Source of the DNA: Octopus vulgaris
Lineage: Eukaryota
Direction: 5' to 3'
Length of the DNA stretch: 64,000 nucleotides
Assembly (NCBI GenBank): GCA_951406725.2
Contig: OX597816.1
Location: 47,182,001 to 47,246,000 of the forward strand
A program made the translations under genes and the position numbers. Position 1 is the first letter of the stretch, and each line of letters begins with the position of its first letter. Under the pieces are notes generated by a model. It saw nothing but the letters and a program-made list of their open reading frames with translations, searched no databases and was not told where the DNA came from. Of the stretch, positions 25,438 through 36,722 are shown in pieces.

Positions 25438-26883
25438 GTAAGTGAAGGGCATTAGTAACGTTAGTGAAGTGGTATGGTATCTGACTGGAAATTTCTTCTT
25501 ACAGCAGCAACAACAAAAATTACGACAACCACAATAGTGACAACAACAACTGCGATAACAACAAGAAGAATAAAAATACTATTGATACTTTACTATGTAT
25601 TTCTTCCTTTCTGTTTTTTAAATTTTTATTTTTGATAAAATAAATTCCCTGCGCTGGAATATTTAGAATATACAATAAATTTTGATACTGTACGCAATTG
25701 AAAAGCAATATTTCTGCCAAGAATATTTCTGACATAGTTCTGAGAAGTGCTCACACTAAAAGAGTATAAAAACAGCAACAACAAGAACTAAAAAATAACC
25801 TTAGAAATATAAAAATGAAAACATACAAACTCTAAAACAAACCTCTTCAGCAAATAAGTTGATGCCAAAAATGTCATGCAATATTTCCTTAGATTCTGGA
25901 ATAGCTTTCAGTGATAAAGAATTTTCTTTTGTTTAACAACTAACAAAAATAGCTGTTTGAATTGCAAGTTATTTTTAGTAAGTAAATGAAAATAAAAATA
26001 CAAACAAGACAAAACAGAACAAAACAAATAAAAGCAAAACAAAACAAACAAATATACAAATAAATAAACAAACAAGGACGGGTTAGAAAAGAAATAAAAT
26101 ATAATTTGTTGTAAACAAATTAAGTTATGTTAAGCGATTTTGTGTTTTGTAGAAGTAATCATTTATTAAATAATAGTTTATTAATGAATATAATAGCTCA
26201 ATATAAAAAAATGGAAAAAACAAATTCAAGCATGTAAAAAAGTCAAAAGATTGAATTTCTGGAAGCTTCATATACTGAAGTATTATTCCCAAAAGAAAAA
26301 TGCTTTCTTATAATAGAGCCAACAATTATAGAATTTGCTGCTGAGTTTTAAAATCTTAAAGTAAGTCAGTTTAAAATCTGTAAATATGTCATATGTAATG
26401 TGAAAAAGCTTGACCATGATATTGAAAAAAATTATCTAAGTTCCTGGCAAGTTGTATTCCATGAATATGTTTTGATTCCTAGTTTCTGTCAATCAAATTC
26501 ACTCACAAGGCTTTGGTCAGCCAGGGGCTATGCTAGTAGACACTTGCCCAAGATACCATACAGTAGAACTGAACCCGAGATCACATGGTTGTGAACCAAA
26601 CTTCTTAATGATACAGCCATGCCTGTACGTAAATTAACAGAAGTTAATAATGATTTATAACTTAGACATAAAGTAAAAAAAGTTTTGGAGGAGGATATAA
26701 TCAATTAGATTGACGTTAGTATTTGACTAATGAATTATTCATTGAGCTCAGAAGGCTGTAAGCCAAAGCCAAAGTTGATCACAGCAGGACTGGAACTCAG
26801 AACTTGGGTGGGGATATAACTAAATATCATTAAGGTAGGTAGATTTTCTGTCATCTTCCCAGTTTTGCCAATCAACTGCCTGC

Positions 26884-26893
26884 ACTACTGCTG

Positions 26894-26938
<45 letters not shown>

Positions 26939-27016
26939 TTGCTGCTGTCACCTCTGCTGTCACTCTCTGTTGTCATCACACTGCCAAGGCTGCTGTCACC
27001 CCCCCTCACCACCACC

Positions 27017-27078
<62 letters not shown>

Positions 27079-27079
27079 A

Positions 27080-27136
<57 letters not shown>

Positions 27137-27230
27137 ACTACTACTACTAACATCAACAACAATAGCAGCAGCAGCAGCAGCAACAACAACAACAACAACA
27201 ACAACAGCAGCAGCAGCAGCAGCAACAACA
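26884..27230. repeat. Compound trinucleotide tract (CTA/CCA/CTG/CAG/CAA)
   Basis: Read directly; source of the poly-Y/L/T ORFs. Confidence 0.95.
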
Positions 27231-28308
27231 ATTCTTTCTTATTTTTGGCACAAGGCCAGCAATTTTGATGAGCAGTGGAAGTTGATTACATCAATTCCAG
27301 TGTTCCAAAACTCCAAAAACATGAAAAGCAAAGTTGACCTCGGCAAGAATGGATTAAAAGTTCCTCACACTTTTAACCTTTATCTTTTACTTGTTTCAGT
27401 CATTAGAGTGTGGCCATGCTGGGGTACCACCTTGAAGGATTTTTAGTTGAATGAATTGACTACAGTACTTATTGTGTCTGTGTGTGTATGTATGTGTGCG
27501 CATGTGTGCATGCATGCGTGCGTGTATGTTCGTGTTGTTTTAACCAAATGCATCATTAGAACCACTCATGATGTTATCCAAAGCAATGTCACTCACTTTC
27601 CCCAAAGCATTTGTATTTTGCTGTAGAATGTTTTTGTTAGCTTTCTTTCTTTTCATGTGTTTAGATCCTGCAAAATTATGCTCATCTTCAATATGTATGT
27701 TTTAATGGGCACTCTGCTTAAAAATATTGTGCGTGTATAAAACAGAAGCAAAATAAAAGTCTAAAAGCAGATGTCATTTTTGTCTTAACCCTGTATGTTC
27801 TAAGACACCCTGCACGAAAATAAATTCTAAGATGTTATTCTTTCATGTTACTTCTGACTACTGATATACAGTTTATATATTACCCACTCAAAACAAATTC
27901 ATGCACAGGAACTTTTTGGAATCTTGGAACATTTGCATGGACTTACTGAGTTTTGGAAAGTGGTAAACTTGGATACGAGTAGACTTTTACCATGTATGTG
28001 TGTGTGTGTGTGTGAGAGAGAGAGCAATGTGCGTGCATGCATGTTTTGTGTGTGTGTGGGCACATGTATAACTGTGTGTGTATAAATATACAAATGGCAG
28101 CATATCTATTTACTTATACCTGAACATGTATATACCCATATAATTCTTTATACTCACACACACACACACACACACATACACACACACACAAACTCATGTC
28201 ACTATTACATCTTTCTTTGTAGCTACACCTTGGTTACTCCCACCCACTACAATGTAAGTAGCTTCTCTACAGCAAGACATCTTTTTTGTTCTGTTGCCTT
28301 GGTTTGTA

Positions 28309-28875
28309 TTGGGTTGTCTGGAAAGTTCATGCTGATTTTTAAAGGAAAGAAAAAGGTCAATAAATACTTGTCATTACATTTTTAATCAACCAAATATGAA
28401 TCATTTTGTTGCACAATGCATCTCCATCTTTCCTTTAACTTGAAAATACCCTCTTCCCAGAATTGAGGTGGTTTCATGGCAAAGAATTCATCAAGGTATC
28501 TTTTTACATCATCCAAGGAATTGAAATTTTTACCATCAAGACTATTCTGCAGAGACCTGAATAAGTGGAAATCTGAAGGAGCAATATCTGGTGAATATGG
28601 AGGGTGGGGTAACACATCCCAGCCGAGCTGCAGCAATTTTTGTCTGTTTCCCAAAGCATCAAGTGCCGAAAATGAACTTTCTTATCTTCCATTTTAAAGG
28701 GTTACAGAATTAACACAGGTTATAGGAACATAAACCGTGTTCCACAAAAAGATAAGCTTAAACTGTGCTCTAAATGAAGGTGTAGTCAAATCCTATTTTA
28801 TGGACTCAACCATGTTCTAAAATAGGTTGAAAGGTAGGCTACTATAAATTGGAACAAACTTTCTGGACAACCCAA
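28309..28875 (-). mobile_element. Internally deleted mariner element with both TIRs
   Basis: TA|TTGGGTTGTCTGGAAAGTT...AACTTTCTGGACAACCCAA|TA. The N-terminus MEDKKVHFRHLML is joined out of frame to a C-terminal piece with HPPYSPDIAPSDFHLF. Confidence 0.92.
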
Positions 28876-29206
28876 TACTTTAAACTTTCTATCTCCTAAC
28901 ATAAAGTCACCTCCCTCCTTAAGGTAGTCTTGTGAACTGCATGATAAACTCACTAGTGCTGGTGGCATGACAAAAAGATATGACAAAAGTTTGCGCTGGA
29001 TTAATATTGTAAAGTGGATTGTCTTCTACATCTAGATGTAGAGACCATGCAACATAGACATTGGGGTTCCATGCTGTCTGGACAAATTGGATCCTGTCAG
29101 ACCCTCTAACTCATACCAGCATGGAAGATAGATTCTAAATGGCGCTGCTGATAATTATGATTGACATATATGTGTATATATATATATATACGTAAATATA
29201 AACATA

Positions 29207-29243
<37 letters not shown>

Positions 29244-29692
29244 CTTTTACTCTTTTACTTGTTTCAGAAATTTGACTGTGGCCATGCTGGAGCACTGCCT
29301 TTAGTCAAGCAAATCGACTCCAGGACTTATTCTTTGTAAGCCTAGTACTTATTCTATCGGTCTCTTTTGCTGAACCGCTAAGTTACGGGGATGTAAACAC
29401 ACCAGCTTCGGTTGTCAAGCGATGTTGCGGGGACAAACACAGACACACAAACATACACACACACACACATGCATGCGCACACACACACACACATGCGTGC
29501 ACACGCACACACACACATAAACATACATATATACGATGGGCTTCTTTCAGTTTCCGTCTACCAAATCCACTGACGGGTTTGGTCGGCTCGAGGCTATAGT
29601 AGAAAACACTTGCCCAAGGTACCATGCAGTGGGACTGAACCTGGAACCATGTGGTTGGTAAGCAAGCTACTTACCACACAGCCACTCCTATG

Positions 29693-29695
<3 letters not shown>
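29244..29695 (-). mobile_element. Full-length dominant SINE
   Basis: Head, internal (CA)n, 3' stem-loop and (ctttta)n tail; lies between TA tracts. Confidence 0.88.
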
Positions 29696-29731
<36 letters not shown>

Positions 29732-30666
29732 TCTCCATTTTCTTTTCTTCATTTAACTGGATATAAACTATATGCTTAATATATACATATTGTTTTAAGG
29801 GAATTTCTTTCCCAACATTGCTAGGTATTGAACCAGTATTTCCTTGGGTGTAAACAACACTTTATGAGGTTAATGTATTCTCTAATTATATATATATCTA
29901 CTTTTATTCTTTTATTCTTTTACTTGTTTCAATCATTTGACTGCAGCCATACTGGAGCACCACCAGGATGGGTTTTAGTCAAACAAATCGACCCCAGGAT
30001 TTATTTCTTAAGCCTAGTACTTATTCTAACAGTATCGTTTGCCAAACTGCTAAGTTATGGAGATGTAAACTCAATAACACTGGTTGTCAAGTGGTGATGG
30101 TGGGGGGAACAAACACAGACACAAAGACACACACACGCATATATACATACACAGATACATACATACATACATACATACATACATACATACATACATACAT
30201 ACACACACACACATATGTATATATATATGGATCAAAACAGTTTGATTCAAATTCGTTGGTGCTTCAAGAGTTTTAAGCGTGATGCTAATTTTCAGCCATT
30301 TTAAATTTGTATGAAAGATATCCTCATGCTTATATTGTTACAGGAGAAATCCAACAATATAATAACATTTAGAAGCCAATACCCAGAGAAAAGCTTTGGA
30401 AAGAACACTATAAAGTCATTACCTAGATTATATATATATATATATGTATATATGTATACACATGCATACATACATACATATACACACACAAAAACATATA
30501 TATATATATATATATATATATTATTATTATATGTAGAAAAATACAAACTGGGACAAGAACGCAAAACACTTAGAAGACGATACGAAAAACACGGACGGGA
30601 CATTTGAAGCCCTCAATCTTCAGTCAAGAACCGGATCATCGTAGCAATTTCGGCACACACACATAT

Positions 30667-32108
30667 CTATTATATAAAAGTCAAAGTATGATTGTGTATT
30701 CATGTGTTATTTATAGACTCAAAAACTACTGGACTGATCCTAATGAAATTTGGAACACAAAATCCAAGCCTAGGGAGAAGGGTAAAGTCGTATGTTTCAT
30801 ACAATTTTGAGTGGGAATAATGGGGGTGCAGAATGCCCCATGAAAATTCACATGCTTCGGATTTTGATGAAATTTGAACCATAGGTATTAGGAATAAATT
30901 TAAAAATATACCCAAAATTTCCATTTCTTTGGATGATTCTAAGATCCCCTAATGGGGACTTAAACCCCAAATTTTAGTCATTTTTCATGGATCAAAATTA
31001 CTGAAGTGATCCTTATGATATTTGGAACTCAGATTCAATGCATAAGGGCAGGTATAATGCAGTGTCTTTGGTTTGAATTTTTTTTGGGGGGGGGGGGGCT
31101 TAAAGGGGGCAGAACCCACCATGAAAATTCATAAATTTCTGATGTTGATAAAATTTCAACCATAATTAATTGACACAAATCAAGAAATATTCCCAAAGTT
31201 TCCGCTTCTCATGAGGATTCTAAGACTTACTAATGGGGGCCTTAACTCCCAAATTTTAGTTATTTTTTATGATCCAAAACAAGGTCAGAAGTACTGAATG
31301 GATCTTTATGAAATTTGGAATTTATATTCTATGCATAAGGGCAGATGTAATTCAGTGTATGTTTGAAAGTAAGGGGGCATAAATGAGGTCATAGCCCCCA
31401 TGAAAATTCATATAATTTGCTGTTGATGAAATTTTAACCATAGATATTAGGCACAAATGAAGTAATATTCTTAAAATTTCAACTTCTTAGGAGGTTAGTA
31501 AACCCCTTAATGGGGACTTAACTCACACAATTTAGTCATTTTTCCTAAGCCAAGATGAATACAATTGTAATCTCAGAAGCTGTAGAGTCGCCTGAGGATA
31601 CAAGATGAGTGTTATTTGTAATTCAATGGTACAACAGTGGAAGAGTTTGCTTTGGGATACACTTAGATTGTGATTTCTGCAATATGGTGCATGAATTGTC
31701 AAGTAAAGGAGAGGCATCTTTGCCTCCACTGATTCAGTTGCAAAGTGTTATTTTGAGAAAAGTTATTTGGTTGCAGATCTCCTTTGAGTCTATTTATTAT
31801 CACTGAGTCAGAGATAGTCCCCAGTTGGTAACATTAATTTCAAGGCCTTTCCAGATAAATGACTGGTCATTCAAAGAGATTTATAGATCGCAAATTTATT
31901 TTGTTCAGTTACCTATTGGCGGACTGATCATTGGCAAACTCTAGAGGTAACACTTTCATTTCCCCATATCCATCATGTCACACAGTTGTTAATGTTTATT
32001 TGAGGTGGGTCATGCCCTTCTAATTGCTATAGATCTGTAATGCATCTTATGGCTGTGCCTGTCACCAGTATGGTGAGGAGCCCTGCATTGAGGAGTGGTA
32101 ACAACTAG
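30667..32108 (+). mobile_element. Possible degenerate Helitron with three ~290-bp internal tandem units
   Basis: Starts A|TCTATTATATAAAA. Units at ~30730, ~31000 and ~31295 share gatc.t.atga.atttggaa and taatgggg.cttaa motifs. Weak helicase-like remnants lie near 31615-31850, and ACTAG is at ~32104. Confidence 0.45.
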
Positions 32109-32531
32109 GGTAGGATAACTGACTGCTTATTGTGATCATGTGTCTTTTGGTTTCCTCTAGCTTTGCTTTCTTTTACAAACCCAGTGAACATTCATATATT
32201 TCCGATTGCAAAGAAATGTGAACAATAGATATAAGGCACAAGTTAAAAAAGATTCCCAACAATTCAGCTTCTCTGATTGACTTTAACAAATAATAGGGGC
32301 CTTAACTCACACATTTTAGAGTCCCATGTGCTCCATGGAACTCTACTAGAGTAGTGGGGAGAAATATGTACTGTGATGGGTATGTTATTGTGAATTAAAA
32401 TATGTATAGAGATCAAAATTTGTTATGCATGTATATTCAGACATGTTCTGTATTTTTTTATGAATAAATTTTCATTATTTACACGGAAAACTGTATATAT
32501 ATGTTTGTGTGTATGTATTATATTATATATA

Positions 32532-33376
32532 CGTAGTCTGATCAATAAGTATCCGGACTGTTGCCATAGTAATGAAGCTAAAACATGCAGAGTAAAGCTG
32601 CTTAGCATGGATTGACTGTAAGCTCTGCTGTGCATGCAAACTAAGTTTTAACGCTCTATCTCACTTCCGCCGTTTACAGCAGTGCTTGGAAGGAAGGTGT
32701 GTAGCATGTGATTGTTACATTGACCATAACAGAGAGAGTTAAGCGGAGAATCTGCATCAAATTTTGCCAAAAGATTAACGATACCTCCTCAGAGGCCTAC
32801 TCAAAGTTCTCAACAAGTTTTCATTGATTTTGACACAATGAAGGAGATCTTGTGCAATTGAAATCCGGTCAGCTGAAAGCAGTTTTGGCACAAACTTGGC
32901 AGACACACGCCTCTTGCCCAAATCTGAACTGAACCATAACTAATCTGCACATCCTCTGATAACTCACAGATGGAGATTCGTGATTTCTCCTTACAGCTGC
33001 ATGCGCATCTGTGATGTTTTTCTTAGTTCTGCTGGTTGCAGGTCTCTGAGAATGTCAATATCGACATTTTTTGGCCATCTTGGAACCGTCTGAAACACTC
33101 ATACACTTGTGTTTGGCTCATACACTTTCTGTAACTTGCTGTTGGCCTCTGAGGAAGAATAGCCATGACTACTTTCTCTGCTATGGTCAATGCAACAATC
33201 ACATGCTACACACCTTCCTACCAAGCATAGCTCTTAACAGTAGAAGTGAGCTAGAATGTTAAAACTTAGTGTGCATGCACAGCAGAATTCTAGGTCAATT
33301 TTTGCAAAGCAGCTTTACTCTGTGCTTTAGCTTTGTTACTATGGCAACAGTCCGGATACTTATTGATCAGACCTTG
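32532..33376. mobile_element. Mariner-derived element built from two inverted 5' ends
   Basis: ~140-bp inverted arms (gtctgatcaataagtatccggactgttgccatagtaa...) with TA flanks. There is a + strand RICIKFC remnant and a - strand DLGKRRVSAKFVPKL remnant. Confidence 0.85.
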
Positions 33377-33492
33377 TAGGTATGTATTTATGTTTTATAT
33401 ATATAAATATGTATAAATATATGTCTATATATATACACACACATATATATATATATACATATATACACACATATATATATATATATATGTCT

Positions 33493-33525
<33 letters not shown>

Positions 33526-33617
33526 GATTGATTGATTGATTGATTGATTCTAGTTTCAGCTTATGAGCTGTGGCCATGCTGGGGCACCGCCATTTTGTGT
33601 TGCTACTTGGTTTCACT

Positions 33618-36600
33618 TCATGGAGGCTTTCTAGCAGCTGCTATTTGGTGCATGAGAGAGTTCGATGCAGCTGCCCTCATCTGCCCCTCCTGCCGTGAAG
33701 TTGGTTCATCTGGGACACCTGACAGGAAGAGATCCAGCTTCATTTTAAAGACATCTGTATCCACCCCATGCAGGTCTCTCAGGTTCTTCGGGAGGATATT
33801 GAAGAGCTGTGGGCCTCGGAAGCCCAGGCTATCACAGTATCTTGTCCTACATCTTGATGGCAGGTTTGGAGTCCTAGGCACCACGCAGTGGCGCCCAGTT
33901 CTGGCATTTGCGTAACTCTCGATGCCAAAGTTCAGGACACTTCCCTCCAGGATCTTCCAGATGTATATTATGGCATATCTTTCCCGCCTACGCTCCAGGG
34001 AATATAATTTTAATCTCTTGAGTCTTTCCCAGTAGCTTACATTCTGCATAGAGGCTATCTTCTTTGTGTAGCTTCGTTGGATCGCCTCAAGTTCTGTGAT
34101 CAACTTGACACTGGATGGTGACCATAGCTGAGAGCAATAGTCAAAGTGGCTTAGGACAAGTGTCTTCCAGAGGACCATCATGGTTTCTTGTTCTCTTGTT
34201 CTAAAGGTTCTAAGAATCCATCCAGCCAGCCGTCTACATTTCATTGTCAGTTTAGCAACATGTACATGAAAGGTCGCGTCATCACTCATGTGAATACCCA
34301 GGTCACGCACTGATTGTGCCTCTGGGATTGCAATCCCTCCGGGTCCAGTGTATTCATTGGGTATTGCATTCAGTTTTGCATGCTGATAGTATAAAGCTTG
34401 AAACTTTCCAGCATTGAACTGCATGCTATTCTTTTCAGCCCACTTGTATATTTCGTCCAGCTCACATTGCAGGTGTTTAGTGTCCTCAGGGTTCTGTATT
34501 GCCTGTGAAACTTTTGTATCATCTGCATAACTTGTGATCGTGGCTCTCTGCGTGGCTGAGGGCATGTCTGAGAGGGCCATTATGAACAGTAGTGGTCCCA
34601 GAACAGTGCCCTGCGGAACACCGCTCACTATTTGTGTGTTAATGGAGGTGGCCCCATTGGCTACTACCACCTGACTTCTATCCTTCAGAAAGTCATGAAG
34701 CCATTCTCCCAGTTTTCCAACTATGTTGAGATCACGCAGTTTGTGACATATCATTCCATGATCGACTTTATCAAAGGCCTTTGCAAAGTCGAGATATATC
34801 ACTTCCACATTTGAGTGGTTGAGCAGCCGTTTCAGCACCCAGTCATAGTGTTGTAGGAGCTGAGTTAAACAGCTTCTCCCTGGTCGGAAACCATGTTGGG
34901 TGTCGGGCAGCAAGTCATTCTCTTCAAGGAAGGTGATCAGCTTCCTTCTGACTATTCGTTCCATGACCTTGCTGATGTGTGAGGTCAGAGAGATAGGTCT
35001 ATAGTTCTTGGCTTCCGCTCTGCTACCTCCTTTATGAATGGGGCATATTTTACCTTCCTTCAGTTTTCCTGGAAGTTTGCCAGCTGCAAGGAAGCTCTGA
35101 AAGAGGAACTGCAGTGGTCTTGCTAGGACTCTCTTACATGCTTTTAGGAGGATTGCCGGGAATCCATCGGGGCCAGTAGCTGAGTCTGTTTTCATTTCAT
35201 CTATAGCCTTCGTTACATCGTCTTCCTTTATATCGATGTAATCTATCGTCGCCGCCTCTGATTTTATATCTGCAGTGGTAAAAAAGTCAGTTGGATTGGT
35301 GATTTGGAGATGCCCAAGGGGTGGAGTGAAAACACTCTTGAATTGCTCATTCAGTATTTCACTTACCCTCATTGGTTTTCCTGTAAGTGTGCCATCCTTT
35401 TCGAGGAGTGGCCCTATTCTACAGTGCACTGTAGCTGTTTCTTTGGCATACCTGTAGAAAGCTCTGGGGTTAGATTTTATGTTTTCTATAGCCCAGGCTT
35501 CTTTGTCTGCTCTTTCTTTTTCATGGGAGAGTTGCAGACATTTTTCGATTTCCAACAGTTTTATTTTTAGGCGGGACTTTTCACTGCTTTCAATCTGTTT
35601 GTTTAGGCGATTTGAAAATTTCGTACGCCGTCTCATTAAAATTTTCCTCTCTCTGGGGATTTTGTTCTTGTGTACAGTGGCCTTTCTCTCTGGGACACAT
35701 TTGTAGCATATGGCTTGCATTACAGACATGAATTGTTGAAGTTTCACGTCGATGTCTGGCGAGGAGAGACATTTAGGCCAGTTTTGTTTGAGGATCTCTT
35801 TCTCAATTTGTTTCCAGTTTGCCTTATGGTAGTTCAAGCTGGAAAGATTTTGAGGGTTTCTTGTAGGCTGCATGTCCGTGCTCTCTTTTGGCCCGTACAT
35901 GGTCAGCTCTATCATGTTGTGATCCGAGAGTAGTGTCGGTGTCACTTTCACATTATGGATGAGATCCATGTCATTTGTGAAGCAGAGATCCAGTGTGTTA
36001 CCAGCCCTGGTTGGTTGGAGTATTACCTGCTCCATGTACAGGGTGTTGGTGAGGTTCAGGAGGGACCTCGCCTGTCCTCGTTCACATCTTGTCATTCCTG
36101 GGAGAGAAAGGCCCTCGGGCCATCTGACATTGGGCAGATTGAAGTCTCCCATAAGAAGCACACCTATGTGTTGTTCTAATGTGGTTAGAATTTCTTCTAT
36201 TTTTATAAGGCAGTCTTCAAACTTGCCCACATGGCTTGGGGCATCTGGAGGGCGATATGTAGCACACACAACTACATCAAGTTGCCTAATATGTACAATT
36301 AGTGTGTCACACACCGAGTTTGAGTATGACAAGAGGACCTGGGGTGTGAGGTCCTCACGGATGTACATAGCAACACCTCCATGACTCCTTTCTTTCCTGT
36401 CGGTCCGTAGTACAGCATACTGTGGTATGTGTAACTCCGCATCTGCTATGTCCGGTTTCAGGTGCGTTTCTGTAAGTGCTATGCATATGGCTTGATTGCA
36501 TGCAACAAAGTCTCTCAGGAACGGGATCTTTGTCCTGTTACTGAGTGTTTGCAGTCCTCTGATGTTCAGTAGGAGTATCGAGGTGAGGTGTACGTTGTTG

Positions 36601-36722
36601 CCGGCGGTGTCCATCCTGTGTCTGTTTGCTGTGGTGGTCTGGTATATAGTGGGTAGTCCCACCTGCGGGCTTGGGTTTGATGAAGCCAGGTCAGCTGCTG
36701 TACAATCTTTTGTGCCATGCAC
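33618..36722 (-). CDS. LINE ORF2: apurinic-like endonuclease plus reverse transcriptase, uninterrupted 1034 aa
   Basis: APE motifs LLNIRGL, IALTETHL, GGVAMY, YRPP, MGDFN, LDLCF, SDH. RT motifs GPDG, NYRPISLTS, QHGFR, YLDFAKAFDKV, GVPQGTVLGP, YADDT, DLG. The real start may be the ATG at 36614 (MDTAG). Confidence 0.97.
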   Translation of the reverse strand: MHGTKDCTAADLASSNPSPQVGLPTIYQTTTANRHRMDTAGNNVHLTSILLLNIRGLQTLSNRTKIPFLRDFVACNQAICIALTETHLKPDIADAELHIPQYAVLRTDRKERSHGGVAMYIREDLTPQVLLSYSNSVCDTLIVHIRQLDVVVCATYRPPDAPSHVGKFEDCLIKIEEILTTLEQHIGVLLMGDFNLPNVRWPEGLSLPGMTRCERGQARSLLNLTNTLYMEQVILQPTRAGNTLDLCFTNDMDLIHNVKVTPTLLSDHNMIELTMYGPKESTDMQPTRNPQNLSSLNYHKANWKQIEKEILKQNWPKCLSSPDIDVKLQQFMSVMQAICYKCVPERKATVHKNKIPRERKILMRRRTKFSNRLNKQIESSEKSRLKIKLLEIEKCLQLSHEKERADKEAWAIENIKSNPRAFYRYAKETATVHCRIGPLLEKDGTLTGKPMRVSEILNEQFKSVFTPPLGHLQITNPTDFFTTADIKSEAATIDYIDIKEDDVTKAIDEMKTDSATGPDGFPAILLKACKRVLARPLQFLFQSFLAAGKLPGKLKEGKICPIHKGGSRAEAKNYRPISLTSHISKVMERIVRRKLITFLEENDLLPDTQHGFRPGRSCLTQLLQHYDWVLKRLLNHSNVEVIYLDFAKAFDKVDHGMICHKLRDLNIVGKLGEWLHDFLKDRSQVVVANGATSINTQIVSGVPQGTVLGPLLFIMALSDMPSATQRATITSYADDTKVSQAIQNPEDTKHLQCELDEIYKWAEKNSMQFNAGKFQALYYQHAKLNAIPNEYTGPGGIAIPEAQSVRDLGIHMSDDATFHVHVAKLTMKCRRLAGWILRTFRTREQETMMVLWKTLVLSHFDYCSQLWSPSSVKLITELEAIQRSYTKKIASMQNVSYWERLKRLKLYSLERRRERYAIIYIWKILEGSVLNFGIESYANARTGRHCVVPRTPNLPSRCRTRYCDSLGFRGPQLFNILPKNLRDLHGVDTDVFKMKLDLFLSGVPDEPTSRQEGQMRAAASNSLMHQIAAARKPP

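Noticed and set aside
26865-27446. Poly-Y/L/T/A ORFs
   Set aside because: Trinucleotide microsatellite running into SINE sequence, with no splice or domain support.
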